This document shows positions 1-10,783 of a stretch of 64,000 nt of DNA, piece after piece. The notes below the pieces were generated by a model. It ran no database searches, was not told where the DNA came from, and saw only the letters and a program-made list of their open reading frames with translations. Made by a program: the position numbers and the translations under genes. Source of the DNA: an uncultured Verrucomicrobiae bacterium (GTDB lineage Bacteria > Verrucomicrobiota > Verrucomicrobiia > Opitutales > JABDGR01); contig CAVXVB010000004.1 of NCBI GenBank assembly GCA_963765205.1, positions 1-64,000 on the forward strand, given 5' to 3'. The stretch's first letter is position 1, and each line of letters begins with the position of its first letter.

Positions 1-1799
1 CAGGAGCTTGCCGTCGATCCAAAGCCGGGAGCCGTCGTCGGAGGTGAGAGCGAAGCTATAAACATCATCAGCGGTCACGTTCAGGAACCCGTCCTACATG
101 CGTCCCACATATTCAATCGGCACGCCGTTATGTTCGGGAGGGGCGAGCGAACTGATCACGAAGGACTTTTCCGGCTTCATGGAACCAAACTCCGGCATTT
201 TAGACCACTCGCCGTATACTCCGTGTAAGAACCTCGGCAAGCCTGGGCATGTGCGCGCCCTTGGTCGGTGTGACCTTTTCGAAACTGTTGGAGGTCACCC
301 CGCTAACTCGTTTCTCGCCCACAAAGGCGGCCGCTTTAAGGGCCCGTGTTCACAATGGTGATGGGAGCGTCGTAAATAGGCGACTGGGATGTTGGATCGG
401 ACCCATCCAACGTGTAGCGGATATCCTGGCCCGTTCCGCCCGAGATCGAAACCTGCATCGAGTTCACAAGGATGTTTGTAGGCGCCTTGATCGTCGGCAT
501 TTTGTAGATGATGGGCTTGCCCTGAATCGTCAGTTCGACGGTGGAACTGTAAGGGTTTGGCGCGGCGCCGGGGAGATCAACAATGAGATCGCTGCCATCA
601 CGCTCAATTTCAGTTCATCGCCCCCCAGCAGAACTGCTTTCTCGGGATCGTTTCCAAGTCCGGACACGCGAAGCTTGCCGTCCGCGGGCCAATCAAAAAC
701 ATGAAGGTAGAGGGTGGTCGAATCGCCGTTGTATCGGGTCGTCGAACGGCCCAGGGAGGATTCTCGAAGAGGGACGCCTTGGTGTCATAAATGGCGTCGC
801 CGCTGACTTTCATGTAGTCGCCGATCGCCTTCAGTCTCTCCACCGCTTGGGGAGGAAACTCGCCATCGGACATTGGGCCAATGTTCAGCAGGTAGTTGCC
901 GCCTTTTGAGGCAACGTCCACGATGTTTGGATCAGGGCCTCATTGGACTTCCAATGGGTGTCGTAAGCGTTGTAGCCCCAGTGGTCGTTCATCGTCATAC
1001 AGGTTTCCCAGTCGACATTTCCGAGGCCGGTCGGGGGGATGTATTGCTCGGGGGCGCTGAAATCGCCGACTTCGTCGGCGCCTCCGCCGCTGGAAACGCG
1101 ATTATTCACGATCACGTTCGGCTGAAGCTGGCGGCAAAGATCATACAGGGGACGCCCGTATTTTCGCCTCCAAGTCTGCTCCCACTGACCGTCAAACCAC
1201 ATCACGCCGATGGGGCTGTAGTTGGTAACAAGTTCCGTCACTTGGTCGCGCAGATGCTGGACGTATTTGTTAAAGGCTGCACCATCCGCGGGCCGGTCTT
1301 TGACTTCCCAACCTCGCCTTGGCAGATAGTCCGGCTCGTGCCAGTCCATGATGGAGTGGTACCAGCAGATGGTCATGCCTTCTTTGTGGCAGGCATCGGC
1401 CATCTCCTTCATGATGTCCCGATGGAAAGGCGTGTGCATGATGTCCCAATCGGTGTACTTGGAATCGAAGAGACAAAAACCGTCGTGGTGCTTGGTGGTG
1501 ATCACGATGTATTTGAAGCCGGCGTCCTTCGCCATCTTCACCCACTTCTCGGCGTCGAACTTCACCGGGTTGAACTGATCTCGGAACTTCTCATACTCTT
1601 TAACGGGAATATGGGCTTCCTCTCTGATCCATTCCCCGTAGTTCTTATTGTCGCCCCATTTTCCGGCAGGGACCGAGTACAGACCCCAGTGAATGAACAT
1701 GCCGAGGCGGGCTTCCCGCCACCATTTCATCCTCTGGTCTTTATCCGAGCCTCCCTGTGCCATCGCCGTCGCCATTAACGCGATCATTAGAACTGCCAT
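1..1799 (-). CDS. GH29 alpha-L-fucosidase with C-terminal chitobiase/CHB_HEX_C-like and PA14-like domains; broken by several indels and one stop; runs off the window start
   Basis: ORF 885-1799 has WWREARLGMFIHWGLYS, TTKHHDGFCLFDS, WFDG and WETCMTMNDHWGY. It continues in ORF 610-921 (DVASKGGNYLLNIGP), then by manual translation LYLHVFDWP, IRYTLDGSDPT and FALTSDDGSRLWIDGKLL. Confidence 0.85.
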
Positions 1800-1869
1800 C
1801 GACCAACGAGTTTCTCAGGTTATTGAACCTGACCGGTTCATCGTCGAACAAGCGAACATCCAGATTGAA

Positions 1870-1895
1870 TAAGCATAGTCGCAGTGCTATGCTTA
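1870..1895. promoter_or_regulatory. Inverted repeat TAAGCATAG-N8-CTATGCTTA between divergent glycosidase genes; possible operator
   Basis: Perfect 9-bp arms read directly from the sequence. Confidence 0.35.
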
Positions 1896-1930
1896 TAGAG
1901 CATTACAGTGCTTTGGCGGCGGGAGAAATA

Positions 1931-2340
1931 ATGAGTTGCTTGAGCGAGTTGGCCTGAGGGCCATTGCAGTTTTGGCCGCCTTGAGTCGGCGGCCCTTATT
2001 CTTGCCGATTCGGACTGGTACACAACCGCCTCCCACACAAACGGCAAACCTTTGGTTCCCAGCGAACCAGCCGAATATGGGGTGATGTATGGCCGGCTCA
2101 TTCGGCTTGAGCACAGCGGCGCCGCAAATGGCGAGTTGATCGCCACCTACGAGCACTTTCCGAACGACTGGTAATCTATCAGAGCAACGACGATGGCCTC
2201 ACTTGGGCAGGAATTCGACGGTGGGTGAGAGCCACCTACCCGCGCCGTCGACTTCCGAAGGCGAACCGCATCTTTACGAACTTCCGCAAGGAGTGAAGGG
2301 CCTTCCGGCCGGAACCATATTGCTCGCCGGCAGCGCGATG
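1931..2340 (+). pseudogene. N-terminal fragment of a GH93/BNR (Asp-box) exo-glycosidase, frameshifted and truncated
   Basis: GGAGA RBS with ATG at 1931. Manual translation across frames gives YGVMYGRLIRLEHSGAANGELIATYE, the Asp-box IYQSNDDGLTW and EPHLYELPQGVKGLPAGTILLAGS. Confidence 0.7.
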
Positions 2341-3095
2341 TGGAAACCCTGCGCCTGGAGAAAATCCATCAGGATTTTGGCCGCGGCCAGCGCCAGCAAA
2401 CTTGCCGCCGATAGTTTGAAGAAAGCCCGCCAACGCCCGGAGCGCACCGCCGCCAGCCCGGCGGCCGCCAAAATTGGCAGCAAGCCGACATATTTATAGA
2501 ACGGGTCCCCGGCCAAGGCCAAAAAAGACAACCCCAAAAAGGCGAACCAAGCCGCAACTCGCCCCGCCCCGCCGCGCTCGCCGACCAGGCGGGCCGCCAG
2601 CAAAAAACAAAACAAACAAAATGTAATCGTGGCCACATGGCCACCGATGACCACGAACCAATACATCGTCGCTTTGGTAAATAGTCCAAGAAACGGAAAC
2701 AGCAATGCCCCGCAGATCCACCACCGCGATCCCGGCGCCCGGCCCAACCACAATGCGCCCGCCACGAGGGCGCCGAACGTAAGCGAGGACTGAAACAGCA
2801 AAACGGGAAGGCTGGAACCAAACCAAGCCTGGCAAAGAGCGCTCAAGGCAACGTCTAGCGAGTAATAATTGTCCGGGCCACCCGTCCAGCCCGACAAAGC
2901 CCAATTGCCATGCACCATGTCTTCCGCCTGCAAGAATGGCGTGACGCTATCGGAGTCTCCGCCAAATGAGCCGCGAACCATCAGAAAGTGAGCCAGTACC
3001 CAAAACACCACCAGCGCCGCCAACAGCACCCCATCCCACTGCGGGCTACAACCAGCTGCGGAGGCTGCGCGCCGGTGGCTTTTTTCCAGTTGCAT
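2274..3095 (-). pseudogene. Multi-TM membrane protein (GT-C-like glycosyltransferase N-terminal half), 3'-truncated at about 2335
   Basis: About 8 hydrophobic segments and DSDSVTPFLQAEDMVHGNWALSGW after TM1. The last ~20 codons are the antisense of the GH93 fragment. Confidence 0.6.
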
Positions 3096-3221
3096 TTAAC
3101 TTAGGGCAATGTTGCGCCTAAAGCGGATTGCTGCAAACCTAAATTCAGGGCCGGTTGGAGAAGAAGGGAATTTTTAAGAGTCTTGCCTGGGTGGGTGGCT
3201 TTTTCGACAATATTCATTCTC

Positions 3222-3467
3222 ATGGAACCTGAATACCTGGTCGAACTCAAACGACGGCGGGCCATCACCCAGTCCTGGACTTGGCAAATTGCGCTGCCCT
3301 TTTGGAAGATCGAACGATGGCTCCGGGCGTGGGTGCGCGCCCACCAGTGGGCCTCGAAGCGCCCTTTCCGCGGTTTGCCGCCGCGCACCGAGGAGGTTTG
3401 GGTTGATTTGCAGCGCGAACGCGCCCGCGCGGCTGACCGCCGCGGGCTTCCAATATCGAAAACCTAA
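3222..3467 (+). CDS. Small basic hypothetical protein upstream of the glycosyltransferase
   Basis: ATG at 3222, ends 5 nt before the GT start. ITQSWTWQIALPFWKIERWLR resembles the SxSW-x-I-T-x-P-x-R tail of O-antigen-associated proteins. Confidence 0.5.
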   Translation: MEPEYLVELKRRRAITQSWTWQIALPFWKIERWLRAWVRAHQWASKRPFRGLPPRTEEVWVDLQRERARAADRRGLPISKT

Positions 3468-3472
3468 TCCGC

Positions 3473-6061
3473 ATGCGACTGGTCATTGATTTGCAACCCT
3501 GCCAGGGGGACAACCGACAGCGCGGAATTGGCAGGTATTCCCTCGCCTTGGCCAAAGCCATGGCCAGCCAAGCCCGGAAACACGAGGTTTGGGTCTTACT
3601 GAATGATCTGTCACCGGAGACCGAAGACGCAATCCGCGGGCATTTCAGGGATCTGGTGGCTCCCAACCGGATCGCCATCTGTCGGCTACCCTCCGGCAAG
3701 GGGAGCAACACTTTAAACCACACCTGGCGGGTGCGGGCGGAGGAATCTGTCCGCCAGGCGTTTCTGGAAACCCTGCAACCAGACATGGTGCATATCGCCA
3801 GCCTCTTCGAATACAACCTAGCCCATTCGACGGTCTCCGCCGACTCCCCGTTTCCGAACGCAGTCTCGTTGTATGATCTCATTCCGTGGATGCGGCCCGA
3901 GATTTATTTGACCAGTCCGCGCCAAAAGGCCTGGTATGAACGCAAACTCCAGTCCCTCGTGCGCGCCCAACTCTTGCTGGCGATCTCCGAGCATACCCGC
4001 CGGGAAGCGATCGCGGTCCTGCGGCTGCCGGAAGCGCGGGTCGTCAATATTGCCGCGGCGGCAGACCCTCATTTTCGTCCTGTCAAATTCTCGGCGGATT
4101 TCATCGCGGCGCTGTTGCAGAAATATGGCCTGATCCGCCCGTTTATCATGTATACCGGCGGGATTGACCCGCGGAAAAATATCGAGGCCCTCCTCCATGC
4201 GTTCGCGCTACTGCCGGACACCGTGCGCAGCCGCCACCAACTGGCGATCGTTTGCGCGGCAAAGTCTGCGGAAAAAATAGCCCTGCAACGTGCGGCCAAA
4301 CGGCTGGGGCTGCGCGCTGACGAAGTCGTGTTCACCGGCTACGTCCCCGAAGAGGACTTGGTGGCGCTTTATAATCTTTGTGCCCTCTTCGTCTTTCCCT
4401 CGCTGTATGAGGGCTTTGGCCTGCCAATCCTTGAGGCCATGTCCTGCGGCGCGCCCGTGATTGGTTCCCAAACCACCAGCCTGCCCGAAGTCATTGGCCG
4501 GGCGGACGCGCTTTTTGACCCGCGGCAGCCGGACGCCATCGCGCAGAAGATGCTGCAGGGCCTGACCGACGAGTCTTTCCGCCAATCGCTGCGGGAACAC
4601 GCCCCGATCCAAGCGGCGCAATTTTCGTGGTCGGATTCCGCGCGCCGCGCCTGGGCGGCGTTGGAGAACCTGCACGATCAACGCCACCCGGCACGCCCCA
4701 CCGGGGTTGCCGCCCACAGGCATCGTCCCCACCTCGCCTACGTCTCCCCCCTGCCGCCCGAAAAGACCGGCATTGCCGATTACAGTACTGCATTATTGCC
4801 GGCGCTGGCCGAATATTACGACATTGATTTGATTGTGAATCAGGCCACCGTAACCCATCCGGCTCTGGACGGCCGGTTCCGCATCCGCACGCTGGATTGG
4901 TTTGCGCAAAATGCCGCGGCCTTCGACCGAATTGTCTACCAGTTTGGAAATTCGCACTTTCATCACCATATGTTCGACTTGCTGCGTCGGCATCCTGGAA
5001 CCGTGGTGCTGCATGATTTCTTCCTTGGCCGGATCACCCAATGGATGGAGGACGAGCAGGCCCGGTCGGGCTATCTGCAACAGCAGTTGCGCTATTCCCA
5101 CGGCGAGGAGGCGGCCGACCATTTAGCGCGGATCGGGCCGGATCGGGCCGCCGACGAGTATCCCTGCAACAAGGCGGTGCTGGATCAGGCGGCGGGCGTC
5201 ATTGTGCATTCCCGTCATGCACTCGCTCTGGCGCAAAGCTGGTATGGTGCTGAATTCACGGATGAATTTACGGTGATACCCCAACTTAACACCATGCCTG
5301 CCCCGCGAGACCGGGCCGGGAGCCGGGAAAAAATGGGGTTGGCGGCGGGGGATTTCGTGGTGGCTTGCTTCGGCTTTATCTCGCCGACCAAGGACCACCA
5401 CCGCCTGCTCACGGCTTGGTTGTCCTCCTCCTTGGCCAGGGAGGAACACTGCCGCCTGGTCTTCGTCGGCGAGATCCATCCGGGGAAATATGGCCGCAAG
5501 TTGCTTGACACTATCAAGGACACTCAGGCCGCAGGGCGTATCCGGATCACCGGTTATTCGCCGCCCGCAGACTTTGTGGCTTGGCTCTCCGCCGCGGATC
5601 TCGCCGTGCAGTTGCGCCGCACGACCCGGGGCGAGACCTCGGGCTGCGTGCTCAACTGCCTCGCCCACGGCCTGCCCCTTATCGTCAATTCCATCGGCTC
5701 CATGGCCGAATTGCCGGATGACATGGTACTGAAGCTGCCGGCGGAATATAGCGATGCACAATTGCAGCAAGCCCTGGAAACCCTCCACGCGGACGCCGGA
5801 CGGCGCGCGCAACTCAGCGTGGCCGCACTGGATTATATTCGGCGGGAGCATACACCGGCGGAAGTAGCGCGGCAATACTATGACGCCATCGAACGGGCCA
5901 CCAACTCCCGGCAGGCCATCTACCGGCGATTGATTCGCCAGGTGGCTTCCATTGAAAGCAATCCGCCCGACCACGAGGATTTGCTGGCGGTGGCGGCAAG
6001 TATTGCCGCCAACCACCCGCATCGCGGCACTTGCCGGGCTGCCGACCATGATCTTGGGTAG
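3473..6061 (+). CDS. Glycosyltransferase with two GT4 (GT-B) modules, WbdA/mannosyltransferase-like
   Basis: MRLVIDLQPCQ, FVFPSLYEGFGLPILEAMSCG, then a second module LAYVSPLPPEKTGIADYS ... AVQLRRTTRGETSG. Confidence 0.9.
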   Translation: MRLVIDLQPCQGDNRQRGIGRYSLALAKAMASQARKHEVWVLLNDLSPETEDAIRGHFRDLVAPNRIAICRLPSGKGSNTLNHTWRVRAEESVRQAFLETLQPDMVHIASLFEYNLAHSTVSADSPFPNAVSLYDLIPWMRPEIYLTSPRQKAWYERKLQSLVRAQLLLAISEHTRREAIAVLRLPEARVVNIAAAADPHFRPVKFSADFIAALLQKYGLIRPFIMYTGGIDPRKNIEALLHAFALLPDTVRSRHQLAIVCAAKSAEKIALQRAAKRLGLRADEVVFTGYVPEEDLVALYNLCALFVFPSLYEGFGLPILEAMSCGAPVIGSQTTSLPEVIGRADALFDPRQPDAIAQKMLQGLTDESFRQSLREHAPIQAAQFSWSDSARRAWAALENLHDQRHPARPTGVAAHRHRPHLAYVSPLPPEKTGIADYSTALLPALAEYYDIDLIVNQATVTHPALDGRFRIRTLDWFAQNAAAFDRIVYQFGNSHFHHHMFDLLRRHPGTVVLHDFFLGRITQWMEDEQARSGYLQQQLRYSHGEEAADHLARIGPDRAADEYPCNKAVLDQAAGVIVHSRHALALAQSWYGAEFTDEFTVIPQLNTMPAPRDRAGSREKMGLAAGDFVVACFGFISPTKDHHRLLTAWLSSSLAREEHCRLVFVGEIHPGKYGRKLLDTIKDTQAAGRIRITGYSPPADFVAWLSAADLAVQLRRTTRGETSGCVLNCLAHGLPLIVNSIGSMAELPDDMVLKLPAEYSDAQLQQALETLHADAGRRAQLSVAALDYIRREHTPAEVARQYYDAIERATNSRQAIYRRLIRQVASIESNPPDHEDLLAVAASIAANHPHRGTCRAADHDLG

Positions 6062-6108
6062 GACATTGCCTGCTTCTCAGTGCGACTGTCCTGCTCCACA
6101 ACTGGGCT

Positions 6109-6507
6109 TCAACCGCTGGTGGTGGTCGAGTTGGCACTCTTTCCGGAGCCGTTGCGGGGCGCGGGGTGGTTGGGCCCGGGGACTGGATTAATAACCGGAG
6201 GGACCAACCCCTTAACGGGAGGGATTGTTGGTCCAGTGGCGGGAGGCACTGGGCCATCAACGGGGGGGATTGGCCCGGTGGCGGGGGGCACGGGGCCGTC
6301 CACGGGAGGCACAGGACTGTCAACCGGGGGCACTGGCCCGGTGCTGGGAGGGACAATCAGATTGGGCCCGTAGGGGTTGGGCGGCGTCGGCGGCGCGGGA
6401 ATCGGGTTGTAAGAGGGGGGTGGCGACAGCGGAGGGGCGGCGGCGTTGACGTGGGCGATACTGGCCAGAGTGGCCAGGCCGCCGATGAATAATGGGTTTA
6501 TTCTCAT
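6109..6507 (-). CDS. Small secreted proline-rich repeat protein (GPVPPxx repeats)
   Basis: Signal peptide MRINPLFIGGLATLASIAHVNAAA; 7-aa repeats with synonymous variation. Confidence 0.7.
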   Translation of the reverse strand: MRINPLFIGGLATLASIAHVNAAAPPLSPPPSYNPIPAPPTPPNPYGPNLIVPPSTGPVPPVDSPVPPVDGPVPPATGPIPPVDGPVPPATGPTIPPVKGLVPPVINPVPGPNHPAPRNGSGKSANSTTTSG

Positions 6508-6667
6508 AATCTGAAAGTGATTTTGAAATCGCCCAACAAGAATTTTGGTCTCGTTGTTAGGTGATGGTGGGGTTTGCCCTGCTGGAGGAACCGATTGTGG
6601 TCATATCATTCCGCCGGTGATCATGCCGGGGCCGATTATTGCTCCCAGGTTTTTTGCCGAATGCCGA

Positions 6668-7021
6668 TTAGCCGCCGGGACCAGGAGGAGTCTGGTTTCC
6701 GGGATTGGTGGGTGCCGGAGACGGTGGGGGGGCGGGGTAGTAAGGAGTGGGTGGCACATCAATCGGGGGAGATTGACCGCCGGGATTGTAAGGAGTGGGC
6801 GGAGGGAATATCTGAGGGGCCGGGCCGTTGGGATTATAAGGCGTCGGCGGGGGCGCCATCGGTGGCACGGTGCCGTTGGGATTGTAAGGGGTAGGCGGCG
6901 GAAAGGCGCCCGGGTTGTAGGGCGTGGGCGGCGGAGGGCCGGACGCAGCTTGAACCGCCGTTGCCCCGGCAAGCATAGCCAACGCGGCAATTACCACCGC
7001 ATATATTGGGTTCGCTTTCAT
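6668..7021 (-). CDS. Small secreted proline-rich repeat protein (PPPTPYNP x4)
   Basis: Signal peptide MKANPIYAVVIAALAMLAGATAVQAA; the repeats are conserved as peptide and vary at third codon positions. Confidence 0.7.
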   Translation of the reverse strand: MKANPIYAVVIAALAMLAGATAVQAASGPPPPTPYNPGAFPPPTPYNPNGTVPPMAPPPTPYNPNGPAPQIFPPPTPYNPGGQSPPIDVPPTPYYPAPPPSPAPTNPGNQTPPGPGG

Positions 7022-7083
7022 GGGTTTACCTATTTCGAACGGGTTAGGCAGCCACTACCGCCCATTCAACAATATAAACCATT

Positions 7084-8544
7084 TTAGCCATTATTGCTCG
7101 TTTTTGCCATGGGGTGCATGCCTACCATCGGCGGGAGAGTACTGGGCGGCGGTGCGACAGGCGCCGCCAGGGTGAATTCCAACCGGCGCTGATCGTCGAG
7201 TGCCGCTGTAAGGGTCCAGCCCATGGCTTGCGCGAACATGCGGGCCAAGGACAAGCCGAGGCCGAAATGCTTGCCGCCGCTGCGCGCTTCTTCCTTGCGC
7301 CAAAAGCGGTCGAACATTTTAGCCACGTCGTCCGCCGCCAGGTTATCCGTGGAATTGCGGAGGCGCAATTGCGCGCCGGTGTTCGTGCTTTCGATCTGGA
7401 TGCGCACCGCGCCGCCGGCTGGGGTGTAGTCCACCGCGTTTTCAAAAAGGTTGCCGAGGATGGAGCGCAACAGCGCCGCATCGGCGGGTGCCTGGGCCGG
7501 GGCCAGTTCCCAAGTGACTTTGAGCTGGCGCTCGCCCGCGCGCGCGGTCAGCGGGCGCCAGACTTCCTCCGCCATCGCGGCCAGGTCAATCGTTTGCAGT
7601 TGCGCGCCGAGTTGCTGTTGCTCGCCGCGCACCAAGGAGAGCAAACTGGCGACCATCGCCTGCATTTGCACGGCGATAGCCAAGGCTTCCCGGTCGGTGG
7701 TAGGTTCGCGCGTCTCGGGCCACTTGAGCGCGCATTCCGCGAGGCTGCGCAATTCCGCCAGCGGGGTGCGCAATTCATGCGCAAGGTCGGCGCTAAATCG
7801 TCGTTCGCGCTCAAAGGAGATTTCAAGCCGCGCAAGCAGTTCGTTGAGCCGCCCGGCAATGGGCTGCAATTCGGCAGGCAGCGTGCTGGTGGCAAAGCGG
7901 GTCGTCAGTGAAGCCGCGTCAATCTGCGCCGCTTGTTCGCCGAGGCGGTTGAGCGGTTGCAATCCGCGGTGGAGGACGCGGGACACCAGCCAGACGGTGA
8001 CCCCGGCCAGCAGGACGCCGGCGACCACGCCGATGCTGAGCAACTCCTGCAACGCTTCGACGAGCGGGGCGCTGTCGCTGGCCACCACCAGCGTCAATTC
8101 GGCTGGAGGGGAGGAGGAGGGGGATTGTTTGACCGGCTCGAGAGTAAGTTTCAGCGCCAGGGCGCGGCCGGGCCGCCCGTCCGGCAGCGTCAAATTCCAC
8201 ACGCGGGGGTGCGTCAACGGCCGGTCGGGTGGCGGCAAATCCGCCGCCGCCAACGAATCCGACCGCGCCTGCGGTTTGCCGTAGGCATCCCAGATTTCGA
8301 AATAATCCCGGGGATGCTCCCGGCTGAAACTGCGAAACAGCTGGTCCGTGGCATCGAGCCGGACGCCACCATCCTGCGGCACGGCGAGCGAGTTGATGGC
8401 CAGCGCCTTGGCGCGTAGGGCATCGTCGAATTGCTCGATGATTTCGTCGCGCGCGCCGAAATACAAGGCCGCCAGCGCGCCACTCAGCAAGAGAAGGAAC
8501 GCCCCGAGCAATTCCCGCGTGAGCTGGCGGCGGATGGATATCAT
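7084..8544 (-). CDS. Sensor histidine kinase (2 TM, HAMP, HisKA, HATPase), CusS/QseC-like
   Basis: ERRFSADLAHELRTPL H-box, NLFENAVDYT, FDRFWR, GLGLSL; ATGA overlap with the upstream regulator. Confidence 0.92.
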   Translation of the reverse strand: MISIRRQLTRELLGAFLLLLSGALAALYFGARDEIIEQFDDALRAKALAINSLAVPQDGGVRLDATDQLFRSFSREHPRDYFEIWDAYGKPQARSDSLAAADLPPPDRPLTHPRVWNLTLPDGRPGRALALKLTLEPVKQSPSSSPPAELTLVVASDSAPLVEALQELLSIGVVAGVLLAGVTVWLVSRVLHRGLQPLNRLGEQAAQIDAASLTTRFATSTLPAELQPIAGRLNELLARLEISFERERRFSADLAHELRTPLAELRSLAECALKWPETREPTTDREALAIAVQMQAMVASLLSLVRGEQQQLGAQLQTIDLAAMAEEVWRPLTARAGERQLKVTWELAPAQAPADAALLRSILGNLFENAVDYTPAGGAVRIQIESTNTGAQLRLRNSTDNLAADDVAKMFDRFWRKEEARSGGKHFGLGLSLARMFAQAMGWTLTAALDDQRRLEFTLAAPVAPPPSTLPPMVGMHPMAKTSNNG

Positions 8545-9233
8545 GGCGTGGCCGCGCCGGCGGCCGCCTCGTCGAGCGCATAGCCGAGGCCGCGGCGGGT
8601 GTGGATGAGCGGGGCCTCGCCATATTCCGCCAGCTTCTTGCGCAGGGTGCAAATGGCCGAGTCCACCACGTTGCTCATCGGGTCCACCTGGCCGTCGTAA
8701 ATGTGCTCCTCGATCTCCGAGCGGGTGACGACCTGGCCGCGCCGCCGGGCGAGGTATTCGAGCAGCAGATATTCGCGCGCGGTGAGGTCCACGAGGTGCG
8801 GGCCGCGGCGCACGCGGCGGCCCAGCGTGTCAATCTGCAAGTCGGCCACAGCAATGATGGCGTGCTTCGACCCGTAAGCGCGCCGGCACAGGGATTGCAC
8901 GCGGGCGAGCAGTTCCTCGAGGGCGAAGGGCTTGACCAGGTAATCGTCCGCCCCCGCGCGCAGGCCGCGTACGCGGTCGGGCACGGTGTCGCGCGCGGTC
9001 AGGAGCAGGACGTGGGTCGCCTTGCCATGCTGGCGCAGCTCGCCGAGGACGGTGAGGCCGTCGCGCTTGGGCAGCATGATGTCCAAAATTATCACATCGT
9101 AATCATGCGATTCCGCGAGCCACAGGCCCTCGTCGCCGTCCCCGGCCAGGTCCACCGCGTAGCCGGATTTGCGCAACGCCGTGCCGAGCGTGCGTTGCAA
9201 ACGGGGGGAGTCTTCGACGACGAGCACGCGCAT
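8541..9233 (-). CDS. OmpR-family response regulator
   Basis: MRVLVVED, ILDIMLP, GADDYLVKPF, LIHTRRGLGY. Confidence 0.93.
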   Translation of the reverse strand: MRVLVVEDSPRLQRTLGTALRKSGYAVDLAGDGDEGLWLAESHDYDVIILDIMLPKRDGLTVLGELRQHGKATHVLLLTARDTVPDRVRGLRAGADDYLVKPFALEELLARVQSLCRRAYGSKHAIIAVADLQIDTLGRRVRRGPHLVDLTAREYLLLEYLARRRGQVVTRSEIEEHIYDGQVDPMSNVVDSAICTLRKKLAEYGEAPLIHTRRGLGYALDEAAAGAATP

Positions 9234-9406
9234 GACCGGAGGGGGTGGCCGCGCGCCCGGGGTAAGGCTCGCCGCCACGCCTAAATAATCAGATGGGAGG
9301 CCGGGGGAACAACCCTTTTTTTGCCCCCGGCCCGGCAGCCTAGCCAAACACCCATTACGGCAAGATGACGGCGGCGGGAGAGTTCACCACGAATGTCAAA
9401 CATTCC

Positions 9407-10736
9407 CTAATGCGACGGCCCCCAGCGGACGGTGAAGGGGTAGAGGATGAAGACGGCGCGGCCGGCGATGTTTTGCGCGGGTACGGGGCCCCAATAGCGG
9501 CTGTCGGAACTGGTGGGGGAATTGTCGCCCATCGCGAAATAATAGCCGTTGGGCACGGTGAAGGTCTGGCCGGGGTAGAGGTAGCGCGCGTGGGCGTCGG
9601 GGTTGCCGTTGGTATAGCCGGGATAATTGCCTTCCTGCCGCGCGTTTTGGTCGAAGGCGGCGGCGCCGGTGTTGGGCGCGCCGTTCCGGTAGAGGACTGG
9701 CGGGCGCACTTCAAGGGTGTCGCCCGGCCCGGCCACAAGCCGCTTGATGTAATACTGGTCCATTTGCAGAACGGTGCCGTTGGGGAGCGTGGTGGTCAGG
9801 TCGGGGATGCCGCCGGTGTGGAAGACAAACGGGTCGCCGGGCTTGGGCGCGATGAAATTGTAGCTGAAGCGGTCCACCAGGAGCATGTCGCCCGTGCGCA
9901 GATCGAAGTCGAGAATGCGGTCGCCGGCATGGACCCGGCGGCCGGTGGCGACGTAGGGGCGGCCCGCGCTGTCAAACTGGACATGGCCCCCGACATTGAG
10001 CAGGCGGTAAAACTCCTGCGGGTTCTTCCAGGCCTGCGCGTAAAGGTCGGGAAAATAGGTGGCGTAAAACGCCTCGTCCACGCCGCGGTCGAAATCCCAC
10101 GGCACCGTCAACGGCGCGCCGATGCCGCCGACCTCAATTTGGTAGAGGCGCATGTCCTCGGGGATCAGCCACAGGCGTGACCACCGGCGTTGCTGGACAT
10201 ACTGGTTCACGCCCGCCGACGTGCGGTCGAGCGGCAGCGTCACCTCGCCATCGGCGGGCGCGCGCACGACGTAATGGATGGCACCCTGGACGACGAGGTT
10301 CCAAGCCTGCTGGGGCAAACTCGGGCCGGGGCCGTCGAGCGAATATACGAACGGTGTCATGCCATTGTAAGTCGGGAACATCGAATTGGTTGGGATCTTG
10401 AATGGCTGGAGGAAAAAGGTGCGAAAGCCGATGACGAGGATGGCGGCGAACATCATCATCTCGCTGTATTCACCCGCAAAGGTGAGCGGGTAGATGTCGC
10501 CGCCGCAGGGCAGCATGGCGGCGTGAAGTTCCTCGCTGGCGTGGTCGAGCGCCTCCGCCGGGGTTTTCTTGTCGTTCCACAAATCTTGGAGGCGCGCGGC
10601 GGCGGCGCGCAGGGCCGCGAGCGCGGCGGGGGGCACGAACGTCGCGCCGGTAGCAATCCACCTTGTCGGCGAGGCGCAGCAGATTTTCCGCCTGTTCGCG
10701 CGCGCGCTTCACCGGCGATTTGAGGGAAAAAGACAT
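9407..10736 (-). CDS. lepB: Signal peptidase I with N-terminal extension; apparent frameshift near 10640
   Basis: FLQPFKIPTNSMFPT (catalytic Ser), YIKRLVAGPGD (catalytic Lys), GDNSPTSSDSRYWG. The N-terminus MSFSLKSPVKRAREQA lies in another frame. Directly follows lepA. Confidence 0.88.
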
Positions 10737-10783
10737 CGAGAGGTGATGAAAACGGGTTGGGGGCGGGAATTCAGCACAAATCC

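Noticed and set aside
6730..6935. Spaced ~24-bp repeats resembling a CRISPR array
   Set aside because: Copies vary at third codon positions, spacing is in multiples of three, they encode PPPTPYNP, and there are no cas genes.
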